A stretch of DNA of 64,000 bases from Chromera velia (Eukaryota), in the NCBI GenBank assembly GCA_018398765.1, contig JAHBMJ010000179.1, positions 1-64,000 on the forward strand. Direction: 5' to 3'. Of this stretch, positions 50,649 to 62,394 are shown one piece after another (the first letter of the stretch is position 1; each line of letters opens with the position of its first letter). The notes under the pieces were generated by a model, which saw nothing but the letters and a program-made list of their open reading frames with translations, had not been told where the DNA came from and did not search any database. A program made the position numbers and the translations under genes.

Positions 50649-53600
50649 TGCTTTGTCCCTCCTGTCTGGCCACCTTATGGCGTCCAGATAGAAGGTAAAG
50701 CGAGGACAAGAACCTTAGGGAAATTCTAGAGAAAGAACGTGAGCAACACACATTCAGGCAACAGTTTACAAAAGGTTTAGCTCTAGAATGATCTGGAATT
50801 CCAATCAGCTGAGTTCATTCTATCATTACACAATTTTTACTTATGCTTCTCTCAGAGTCTGTTCCTCTCTCTCAGAGTCTCAGACTCCCAATCTATGCTA
50901 AACAGACATCAGACTCAAACGATGTTATCCGTTGCTCGAGTGACATGTTGCATGCTTGAATACGAAGGTCAGACTCGATTTCAACCACTTTGATCGACGC
51001 GCGCGACACGTACGAAGCAAAGCGCGGCGGCGGAATGTGGCGTGGCATGCTGGCTCACTCAGTCACGGCGCATGCGAAGGCTCAAAGGGCGGCGCTACAG
51101 GGTAGGACTCCACAGATCCCCCCCGGCCACGGACAGGAAAGTCGCGTCCTCGCAATCAACAAATGAAAAGACCGAGCATGCGCTTCAATGCCCAAAACGG
51201 ATCTCATCCAAGTTGCCGTAGATCGTTGTTAGAGCTCTGAGAACTCTATCTCGATGGCATCCGTGTCGAAATATTCAAGGCGCCACGTGAATCAGAACGA
51301 TCTCAAAGCATCACGATATGTGAGACATGCTCGCAAGCCCAAGATCACCCAGACATAGGCATGCGACGCAGATACTGGTGGCACCAATAAGAGCACTCGT
51401 CCACCGTATGTGTATGTCGTCGACCGGAAGACTCGATCGGAGTCGTGGATCTCTAGTGCCAGCCAGTTCGGGAGCACGGCGGCCATGTGCATGCGTCTAA
51501 CTCGGCGTTATCGAATTGTTAACAGCTGCAAAGGGATGTAGAGAAAAGAAAAGGGTGCAGCTATATATTGCTCCACTCATGGCTTTCTGAAAGCTTGTTT
51601 GTGTGTCGGCCATCCTCGTTCTCACTAAGCTACCATGCCAAACCAAGTGACTTTAGAACACTCTATCATGACCTCACTCCTCGAGATGCATTGCTCTGAT
51701 TGTTCGATCGTTTACTTCATGAGCAGCCATCACCAGCTTTAAATCCTTTCATCTTCTTACTGTCCGTCAAGGGAAACGGTGTAACCGGGGTTTACCAACC
51801 CATCACAGGGGAACCCAGCCACGCGGCAGCAGTCACACAGTTAAATTTTTGTATTTCAGGCCTGCCGTTCCCTCAGAGGCATCAAATACATCCAATGCCT
51901 CCTGGCTCAACATTAAGATCGAAAGTACAAGCAGTGCATTGAAAGCAATAATTATAATTGCAATAATTGCAAATAATTGGGAGCAATAATTCATTGTAAG
52001 CTCTTAGCTCATTGCAATTCATTGCAATAATTGTATACAATTTCAAAATTGAGAGTCTGAGGTGTTTTATTAGGCTCAAAGCTAGTGAAAAACAAGGCCA
52101 AACACACGTTATAGGGCGCCAAAGCGATCAAGCATACGCGCGGTGCATACTCATAAAATTGCATGCTTTGATACGTTTTTTTGATTCATGAATGATACTG
52201 AGTGATGCATAAAAATGTTGTGGCCTTCGTGTCTTCTCGTTTCTGCTATTGTATGATCGATTGCATGGATGTTTTCGTGGATATAGCCTTGTTTGCATGT
52301 AGCATACTCATAAAATTGAAGCACTATACGTGTCAGCAGTAAGTTTTTACTACTTGTACGTACAGTTGCAGAATTTTTATGTTATAAACCGTACATGAAA
52401 GTGTGTTCATATTGTTTATCATTTATATTGAATTCTAAGTTTATATTTTCTATCTTAAAAAATAAAAATATTAATACGAAGTAATAGCTTAGTAATAAGT
52501 TGTATAACTTAGTATAACTCCTTTCAAAGATTTTAAATTCATTTATATAAGTATTAAAATACTGTACATCACATTAAATATGTATAAAAACATACAAAAA
52601 TGTTATTAATAGTCCTTTAAACACCCTAGAGCACTTAAAAAAATTAAATTTTTGTTTTATAAGCAATTATTGGCAATTAATTGCAACTATTGCAATAATT
52701 GTTTGCATTAAACTGGTTAAAGCAATTTATTTGCAATTTATTTGTTCAATGCACTGAGTACAAGTCTTCTCAGCTTCCGACAGCGTGTCACTTTGCAGCG
52801 GAAAGAACTCCTCAGCTCTGCTCTTTTGGAGGGAAGTCCCGACGACTTCATGTATATGTGTATACAATGGATGGAGTGGTTGTAAGGCCGTGGCACACTT
52901 AGCCTCCTGCTAAGCGCCCATACCTTTCGCATCATTTCAAGACAAAAGGATTATCGCACAAAGGTGCCAACCACCGTGAATAAGCGCACACACCACCTGA
53001 CAGAGTCAGACCAAATGTGGACAGTCAATCATGTGCAGACACGCACGCAGCAAACAGCAGAGTCAACGCCAGACATGCACACGCCGGTAACCGTTCCGAT
53101 TGATCAGGTACAGAACTATTCATACACTCACAGAACAGCAATTAAGCAAAAGAAGCAATCTACTGGCCGTTTCATTTGCGATATACTCGTAGACGGCAAT
53201 CTCTGTGAGACGGAGTCACTCAAAAGTCCAAGCAACACCAACCAACATCTCCATGATCGGTTCCATGCATGCAGAGATCTCCGATCCACTTCTCCAATCA
53301 GGAACGCTACACCGAGTTCCCAGTGCACCACGATGATCTCGAAAAGAGGGCTCCGGGCAGCTTGGGACGCAAGGGGACGCTGAATTCCCCCACTCACGGT
53401 CTTTGCTTAACCGTGCCCGTATCGTTGCAATCGGCTTTCAACTGTTGTGCAAAAGGAAGATCTGATCTCCATCACTGAAGGTACATGAGAGTCGATACTT
53501 ATCGAGCTTAGCGTTCGCTACAATGCTTTGTCCCTCCTGTCTGGCCACCTTATGGCGTCCAGACAGAAGGTAAAGCGAGAACAAGAACCTTAGGGAAATT

Positions 53601-53989
53601 TTAGAGAAGGAACGTGAGCAACACACATTCAGGCAACAGTTTACAGAAGGTTTAGCTCTAGAGCGATCTGAAATTCCAATCAGCTGAGTTCATTCTATTA
53701 TTACACAATTTCTACTTATGCTTCTCTCAGAGTCTGTTCCTCTTTCTCAGAGTCTCAGACTCCCGATCTATGCTAAACAGACATCAGACTCAAATGATGC
53801 TATCCGTTGCTCGAGTGACATGTTGCATGCTTGAATACGAAGGTCAGACTCGATTTCAACCACTTTGATCGACGCGTGCAACACGTACAAAGCAAAGCGC
53901 GGCGGCAGAATGTGGCGCGGCATGCTGGCTTACTTAGTCACGGCGCATGCGAAGGCTCAAAGGGTGGCGCTACAGGGTAGGACTCCACA
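50649..53989 (-). mobile_element. Non-autonomous LTR retroelement, copy A
   Basis: 466-bp LTRs TG...CA at 50649-51114 and 53524-53989, flanks ATTT/ATTC, G-rich PPT on the minus strand at about 51115-51128, no recognisable gag/pol. Confidence 0.88.
51932..52756. mobile_element. hAT-type MITE, copy 2 (inverted relative to 22246-23095), nested in LTR element A
   Basis: Same TIRs, perfect 8-bp TSD AGTACAAG. Confidence 0.93.
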
Positions 53990-54537
53990 ATTCAATATAA
54001 ATACATGTAGAGGGACGTTTTAGTCACGTCTAGGCAGCAAAGGTGTTTAGTCACTTGTGATTAGAATATATTTAATTATCTCATGAAGTGATTGAATATG
54101 ATTGAATAAAGTGATTAATTAGCCAAAGTCCAATTCTTACTAGTCTTTAATACCTTAGGTCATTCTAATGGTGCGTGGTTTTTTTTTTACGTTATAAAAA
54201 CAAATGTTTTGGGAGTAGCCTAGAGGCTTGTGTACATCCAGTGCACTGTATGCATGGCCCAGCCCATACAGCCCAGGCCAGCCATGCACATACCGGCACG
54301 GCCTATGCGTCGCTCCTACTAGCGGCCACGGCCATCGCGGTGCGGCCATCGGTGCATGCATTCGGAGCCGAATAGCCGATTGTACAGGTTGCATCAAAAA
54401 TCGGGTCTTCATGCATGAGTTTCAAACACAAGGTAAGAATCTCCTCTGATGCAAACTTAAAGTCACAGCAAGCCATGATACCAGTCTGAGATGACTGAGG
54501 CCTGATATGTTCAGACGATTAACTTTATAGTTTAAAA

Positions 54538-56582
54538 ATGAGTCAAGTGGACGTACGAGACTTCTTCAAAGCAGTTCAGCCACCGCTTGGCAAACCTGTA
54601 GAATCGTATACATGCAATTCCTGCGGGACGACAGCCAGAAGCAGTAGAGGGACGTCCAATCTTTGGACTCACCTTCGAAGCTGCAAAAAGAAGACAGAAG
54701 AAATCCAAAAAGTAATCGCTACCCAGCATCAGAATGAGCTCAAAAAGAAAATTGCAAAGATGGGAGATAACGCCACTCTGCTTCCTCACGTTGTCTCCAC
54801 CACTATAGAGGGTGAGGTTCCATTTCCTTCTTCAGTGAAGATGTACTTGAATGATCTAAGACTTCTTATTAAGTAGCTTGTCGCTAAGTTTCTACTTCCA
54901 AACACTTCTGAGTCGGACCGTTTCTGGCATCTGATGCACGTAGCAATGATGGGAAGGTGGCTTCCTCTGAAACGTCAGACTATCATGACTCGGCGGATTC
55001 CAGCCCTGCAGTCCGAGATGGGGTTGTACCTGAAACCTGCTCTGGCAGACCCTCGAAGTGCCCATCATCTCGCGTGGGATCATTGGTCCACTCCACAGGG
55101 CACTTCCCACCTAGGGATCCTCACCAAGACAATCAACGCAGATTGGGAGCTCATCGTCGCATGTCTTGGGTGTCCGGACGCTGGTATACATCACTCCGAA
55201 GAAAAGACTAAGGAGATCATCCAAGCAACGCTCGCGAGTGCGGGAATAGACATGAAGACCCAAGTTCTAGGTACGCACATGTCATTCCCTAGAGAACCAC
55301 AATCACTGTTCTTTGTTCATGCAAACGTTTTTACACTTCAACAGAGCAAGAACAGCAACTGGCCTATCAAAAGATGACCAACAGAGAAGCTGGAAGCGAA
55401 GGCCTGGCTACAAAGCTCATCAAAGAGTTTCAGACATACATCGGGAATCGAGGTGGCCGCAGTGACGAGGAAGAGTTAGATGCTTTGCTCGACGATATCG
55501 GAATAGAGGGTCTTGGGGAGCGCGAAGCCTCGTCAGAATCCCCTACCGCCTCCGCCCTTTCGGTCTCTGCACCCGGAGCCCCAACTTTGGCCACACGAGA
55601 GGAGTACAACACTTGTTTTGATCTTCTTGGTTAGTGGCGTTCTCAACAGAAGCAGCAGCATCATGGTGTTCTATGTGACATTGCCCGTTTTTTCCTTCCC
55701 TGCTGGATGTCTGAAGCACCAGTCGAAAGCTGTTTTTCATTTAGGGAAATGGTTGCATCCAAGCGGCGCTGTGCCATGCTTTCCGAAAATGTTGACCGAA
55801 TGCTCACTCTCGGGATCAATTTGAGACTGCATGACAAAGCATTCGATACAAGACGGAAGCATAATTTGGGAGAGGGGTGGACGGCCAAACAGGTGTAGCA
55901 TGCTTTTCAGAGCAATCAAGAGAAGCAGGGGAGAAAGATCATATGACAGGTTTATAAACAGCAGCTAGAAAAAGTAGAGGAGGGGGAGAAACAGGCTATT
56001 GCCACCCAAATGGTCTCTTCGGGATTAGTTGTAGCTCAGCAAGCGCAGGCTGAACAGCTAGCTGGCCTCCCACAGCCAAAGCGGAAGAGAGGTGAGACCA
56101 CTGAGACGGGAAGCGAGGCTGCCGCCTCTTTTAGTTCTTCTTCTAGTAGAGGAAGACCTCTTGCAGGTCTTAACGTCCCCCCACCAGGGTTTGCGAACGA
56201 TAACTTCAAGCATTGTGATGTGATTGAGGTTCAATACAAGTCAAGCTCAGGAATTGATCAGTCAGGAAAGCTGAAGGCGTGGGTCACACCGCAAACCAAG
56301 CTTCCAATTGAAGATGCTGAAGAAGGAAGTCAAGAAGCAGGGGGAATCCTTCAGATTAGATGGATGGAAGGGACAGTGAATGGAAAAAACATGGCAACAT
56401 ACCAAGACTGTGATAACCGAGGTTCATACATCAGCATGCGCGAAGTTGCGTGGTGGAAGGTAGTACAACGAGAAGCAGCAAGGCCCCCAAAGCCTGCACC
56501 AATTAGATCGGCCCCCAGTGCTCCAGTGCAGACTCAGTCTGGAGGTGCAAAAGCGAAGGGCCGCCCCCCGGCCAAAAGATGA
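54538..56582 (+). mobile_element. Decayed, internally deleted hAT transposase gene with C-terminal extension
   Basis: BED finger (YTCNSC..GTSNLWTHLRSC), catalytic LAWDHWS, dimerisation motif SEAPVESCFS..KRRCAMLSENVDRML; multiple stops; TIRs not located. Confidence 0.85.
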
Positions 56583-57490
56583 AATTTGAAAAGGGGGGCA
56601 ACGACTCAACGAGTCTCAATTGACGTCGATGTGTGCATGTTTCTCTTATTTGTATACGTGTTTGCATGATTGATATCTACATTTATGTCTTTAGATATAC
56701 ATCTTTCTGCTTGTTTATACCCAGATGATTTTTTGCTCGACAGTGCTTGTGGTGTTTTGGTGTTTCGCGTTCGAATGCTGAAAGTGAAAAAGAGTGCATC
56801 TTACATAGTGCATACAGTAAGGCCTCTTTTCGCTATGCAGTATGTGCTGCAGTGTACATGCATGTTTTGGTATAGTGTGTGCATGTTCATGCAATGAGAA
56901 CGTGTATGAACTTTCAACCGCGTATTCATATGATATGTTATTTACTAGTTTAATAAGTTTATAAATTATAAGATTTTATAAAATTTTAGTAATACTGTAA
57001 CACAGTCTAGTATAATAACTGTTACACTACTGCCTATTAACAGTGCCTAACAGCTAGATAGCCCCTGTTTATCTTTTTCAAAACTAATTTTTTATAGTTA
57101 TAAACTGTATTAAAAAAAAAAAAATTAAAAATATAGCCCGGGGGGGACCCCCCCTTAATTAATTTAGGAATATATTCCTGATTATATTACTTTTGAAGTG
57201 AGTAACTAGTAAATAAATATATTCCGTGATTAAACACTTTTGCTAGGCAGAGCTTTCTGATATTTTGGTATGATTCTACGCATCAGGTTCATGCATCTAG
57301 AGGTTCATTTATGTACAGAAAATCACTGACATTATGCTTTTGGGTGACATTGAGTCTGAAGTCTGTGGGCTGCATATACACATCAAAGTAGATAAGAAGT
57401 AGATAGTACTAAACATATATTAAATGCATGAACGATCTAGTGAACGATAAGCTACTAGTAGTTTGATCTCTTACTGTAAATTTAAAAGTT

Positions 57491-60400
57491 TGCTTTGTCC
57501 TCCCTGTCCGGCCACCTTATGGCGTCCAGACAGAAGGTAAAGCGAGGACAAGAACCTTAGGGAAGATCTAGAGAAGGAACATGAACAACACCCACTCAAG
57601 CAACACTTTACAAGAGGTTTGGCTCTATATTAGTTTAAGTGCTAACGCAATCTCCCAGTAGGATTCTAATCAGCTGGATGCATTCTATTATGCACAGTTT
57701 CTACTCATTCCTCTCTCTTAGACTCTCGATCTCTCTTCATCTATGGTAAACAGACATCAGACTCAAACGATGCTATCCGTTGCTTGAGTAACATGTTGCA
57801 TGCTTGAATACGAAGGTCAGACTCGATCGATTTCAACAATTTTGATCGACGCGCGCGATACGTACGAAACAAAGCGCGGCGGCGGAGCCTGGCGTCGGCA
57901 TGTGGGCTCATTCAGATATAGCGTATGCGAGGGTCCAGAGGGCGGCGCCACAGGGTAGGACTCCACAGATCCCCCCCGGCCACAGACAAGAAAATCGCGT
58001 CCCCGCGATCAGCCAGACATATTCGAGCATGCGCAGAAAGGGAAAAAAGGCGAGCAAAAGAACACAATCAACCAGACACAATGCAAACCTATACAACCAA
58101 TAGAACACTTCAAAACATGTAGTTGAAAGAATGAAATCTCGAGCGTTCTCGTACTATAACAGATGTAAGGAAGAGCAAATCAAGACAACAGACATCAACG
58201 AACGAACGGCCATGAACGGCAGCCGGTCAGACCTATCGGAAGGAGACGCCTGGCGGTACACCGTCTAGCTCCACGCAGATGCTCACGTAGAGACGGCTAG
58301 CTCCACCAAGGCCCCCATCAACTCCCGTGCTGCGAGGGGGAGAGGCGATACCCAGAGAACCCAGAGGGCCTCCAAAGCACCGGCATCCCCTTGCAGGGAG
58401 AAGATGTAGAACGGCCACAGAGATATGCATGGGCTGTCCCCTCGCTTTTTCTTCTTTTCTCGTTGAACTAGACATCTCTTTAAAAATTTCTTCTCCTTTT
58501 GCTCCTCCTCTACTCATTTTCTCTCCGCCTCTTCCAGTCTCTTTTTCTTAAATTAAGAAGGAAGCCAGGGATAACCCGAAACGTTTTAAAGCAGCAGAAG
58601 GAAGTGAAAAAGAGACAGTGAATGAAAGCGCCCCCTCGTGTGGTCATGTTCTCAGCCACATGAGGGGTCTGACTCCCAAGCCACACGCAAAGAAGAGAAG
58701 CTGAGAGAGAAGAAAGGTCACTCTTCCAAAAGGAGCTCCAGAAGGTCTAAATACGCGGCACATGCGGCGCTCGGCTTGTTGCTCTCGCAGTCCGCCTCTT
58801 TGATGCTCAGCTTTGCAATGAGCTCACTCCCCCCCCAAGTTCAGTGCAGGGGCGCAAGGGCAGTCACAGGCAGTCGCAGGCATGCGCGGGCATAAGCATA
58901 TGGCGGCGACAATCAGGCAGTCCTCTGCCCGCGTTTCATATGCAGCTGACGTAGGGGTAGGCGATCGACTTTGAGTTCTCGTTGATAGAAGGGCTCAGCC
59001 GTCTCATCGAGTATAAATACATTTCGTGCGTGTCAGCAGCTACATAAAAGGAGGGAGGGAAGCGACCGGATACATTGCAGACTGCCCTGTTGGTTTCTTT
59101 CTATCTCGTCTCTTCTTTCTATCTCGTTTTATCCCTTTGCTGCTCCTTTCGACACATGAACTCTCAACTTCAGACAAAAGATGCTCCAGTCACACTCAGT
59201 CGCTAGTACTTCACATGCTCTCGGCCAGCCTCGATTCGATTCGCCCCCCCCACCCCGAAGCAACCCCTTTCTCCCCCTCTTTCCCCCCATTTCCCTCCCT
59301 CTCCCCCCTTCCCCATTGTCCCCCCTTCTCCCCTTTCCCTATCTTTCCCCCATGACCCGCTTTACCCTTCCCGATCCCTGTTAAAAATTTTGCCGGCGCC
59401 GGCGAGAGATGAGGCGGCAGCTGCCGTATGCTCTACTCTGTCTCTCAGTAAGTCTGCCGCGACTCTTCTGCCTCTCTTGCCGTCGAGGGCAGGCTCGATA
59501 TCATTTTGTACCCCTTCCTTACTTCCCCCTCCTTCCTACTCCAGGCTTGCCGCATCGGGGTCCCAGAGTAGAAGGCTTTCCCCGGCTAGCACACCCGCCG
59601 TCACTGCGTTGTTCCATGTGGTACGCCGCCACCTGTCCCTTCTGTCTGTTTAACATGCATGCAGAGTCTCGCGCATCTGATCGAACCGCCACTCATTGAA
59701 TGATCTACGCGATAGCCAGACAGCCAGAAACGACAAGCTCTCTCTCGGAAGAAAACGGTAGCATTGCAGACACATGGAGAGGCAAAGGGCGTCTTCTTGT
59801 GTTTGGACGCTGTCGAAGGACCAGTTCAGACAGACCTAGACACGCTGGAGGTGTTTGCAAGCCACGAAGGTGGTCGGTCTCTCGCAGACAAGCAAGCAAC
59901 CAACAGCAAAGACAAGTGAAGGTGATCAGCCGACACTCGTCTGGAAGATGGAGACAGTTGCAGAATCCGCAGACATAAGGAAAGCACTCGACTGGCTGTT
60001 TGGATTGCGATCTGCTTGTAGGCGGCGGTCTCAATGAAGTCAAGCTCCTCAAAAGTCCCGAGCAACACCAAGCAACGTCTCCACCATCGGCTTTGGCGAC
60101 CTCCAAGGTCTTCGGGCTCTCCACCCAAGGACAAAGGCAAAGTCTAGGATCAGACTCAAAAGAGATCTCCGAAAGAGGATTCCAGGCAGCTTGGGACGCA
60201 AGGGGACGCTGAATTCCCCTACTTACGGTCTTTGCCTGACTGTGCCCGTATCGTTGCAATCGGTTTTCAACTGTTGCACAAAAGGAAGATCTGATCTCTA
60301 TCACAGAAGGTATACGAAAGTCGACACTCATCGAGCTAAGCGTTCACCACAATGCTTTGTCCCCCCTGTCCGGCCACCTTATGGCGTCCAGACAGAAGGT

Positions 60401-60829
60401 AAAGCGAGGACAAGAACCTTAGGGAAGATCTAGAGAAGGAACGTGAGCAACACTCACTCAAGCAACACTTTACAAGAGGTTTGGCTCTATATTAGTTTAA
60501 GCGCTAACGCGATCTCCCAGTGGGATTCTAATCAGCTGGATGCATTCTATCATGCACAGTTTCTACTCATTCCTCTCTCTCAGACTCTCAATCTCTCTTG
60601 ATCTATGGTAAACAGACATCAGACTCAAACGATGCTATCCGTTGCTTGAGTAACATGTTGCATGCTTGAATACGAAGGTCAGACTCGATCAATTTCAACA
60701 ATTTTGATCGACGCACGCGATACGTACGAAACAAAGCGCGGCGGCGGAGCCTGGCGTCGGTATGCGGGCTCATTCAGATATAGCGCATGCGAGGGTCCAG
60801 AGGGCGGCGCCACAGGGTAGGACTCCACA
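57491..60829 (-). mobile_element. Non-autonomous LTR retroelement, copy B (sister subfamily)
   Basis: 477-bp LTRs at 57491-57967 and 60353-60829, 4-bp TSD AGTT, PBS-like TGGTGAACGC just inside the right LTR (minus strand), PPT next to the left LTR. Confidence 0.9.
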
Positions 60830-61461
60830 AGTTGTTTTAAACAATAACTTGAAATTCTAGTTAAAATCTCTAGTTTCAATTTTGATACTCATGTTAAATT
60901 CTGCATCCATATTAGAATCCATAATTTTTTATACGTTTGAAACTTTGAATGTACAATGTTATAATAATAAAATTTAATAATTGACGATTAATTTTTATTA
61001 GGCTAACAATAATTGGGGTAATTTCTATAAGCTAAATTTTGGGAGTGGACCCGGCCCTGGGCCCCCCGGCCGGCAGTGGACCGCGGGAAAAACCTGGAAG
61101 TAGGCTGGAACATTAATGTTATAGTATTCTATCACGAAGATTGGATGCATTGAGGACGCCCGATGCACTCCATTGAATCACATATCTGAGCAGCATCTCT
61201 GAGACCTTAAAGTCACTAGCATCTCACTCAAATTGGCGAAATTCATTCACGACACCTCATTCACTCCATCCATGCAGCGTTTGTGGATTGGACCATTGCC
61301 CACGACAGCGCTGCATGATCTGGTCTCGAATCGGGTGATGAAAAGAGGGAATGCGGGCCAGGGCCGAGAATTATAAGGGCCTCGGTAAAGGCCCACTGGG
61401 CACTGGTACACGCTGGCAATCTGACACTCTCAAACTTGGATTGACTCATTTTTTTTCGCGA

Positions 61462-62394
61462 TTAGTCTGCGGGTTCCTCCTTGACCTTGATGACGCCCTC
61501 GGCCATGTTGCTCTCACTTGCAGCATTCCCACTCCCCTCAGCTGCCCCTTCCTGCACTGCCCCCCTCGGACTAGCAGCCGCAGTGCTAGGCGCGTCAAGG
61601 GGCTCCTCCTTCTCGGGGACCTCGTCTGGGAATGACCTTTTCTTTCCGGCCCGCTCTCTCTCTTCTGCACTTTGAAAGTCCTCTGGCTCCTTCTTGACCT
61701 GAACAACCCCGTTCTGCTTTCCGTCCCTGAGGGACTCAATTTTCAGGGGGGGAAAACAAACTGGGTGACCCGTGTCTTTTCCCACAAAAAACGTGTGGTC
61801 TGCAGGTACAACCGTGGTCCTGCCTCCTGTGCTCCAGTGGAGCACAATCGTCTTCACCTTCTGTCTTCTGGCTTCCTCAAACATCGCTTGGGAATTGACT
61901 TCCATGGCAGCAAAGGCAGCAGGGAAGACCAGTGCACCTGGAAACCTTTTGTCCCTAGCTCGAATGGCGTTCATGCCCTCTTGGAAAAGGAACTTTGAGA
62001 CCCCCCCTTTGGGCTGCTGTGGAAGGACTGCAAGCTTCGTCGGCTTGGAGTTCCACAGATTCGCCAGACTCTCTGAGTCCTCAAATACCACACACCCCGT
62101 CACCCTTTGCCAATGCTTCCTCCCGCAGCACTTCTCATTCATTGCCCCCACGAAACACGCCTTCATTCCGAACTTTTCTTGCATCAACACCTCGATGGAA
62201 GCCATCCAGGCACAAACTCTCCTGAAGTCCCAGGAACCAACGTCAAAATTCCAGAGCACGAGGGCAGACGAGAAAGGACCTTCTTTCGACCAGGCACTAG
62301 AAACCCACTCCCCTGTGGGCAGAGGCCTCATATGCGCATTCGCGTAGCCCCCTGCACCTGAATCACCTTGCGCCGTTTCCTGCTTCACCGCCAC
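61462..62394 (-). CDS. Intronless hypothetical protein (310 aa), possibly transposon-borne
   Basis: Open ORF with a globular-looking core and VKQE/VKKE/VKEE motifs, flanked by GC-rich palindromic patches; the annotated start is GTG, so the true start is uncertain. Confidence 0.55.
   Translation of the reverse strand: MAVKQETAQGDSGAGGYANAHMRPLPTGEWVSSAWSKEGPFSSALVLWNFDVGSWDFRRVCAWMASIEVLMQEKFGMKACFVGAMNEKCCGRKHWQRVTGCVVFEDSESLANLWNSKPTKLAVLPQQPKGGVSKFLFQEGMNAIRARDKRFPGALVFPAAFAAMEVNSQAMFEEARRQKVKTIVLHWSTGGRTTVVPADHTFFVGKDTGHPVCFPPLKIESLRDGKQNGVVQVKKEPEDFQSAEERERAGKKRSFPDEVPEKEEPLDAPSTAAASPRGAVQEGAAEGSGNAASESNMAEGVIKVKEEPAD

Noticed and set aside
54150..57170. Terminal inverted repeats for the hAT transposase
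   Set aside because: No matching TIR pair or TSD could be identified by eye
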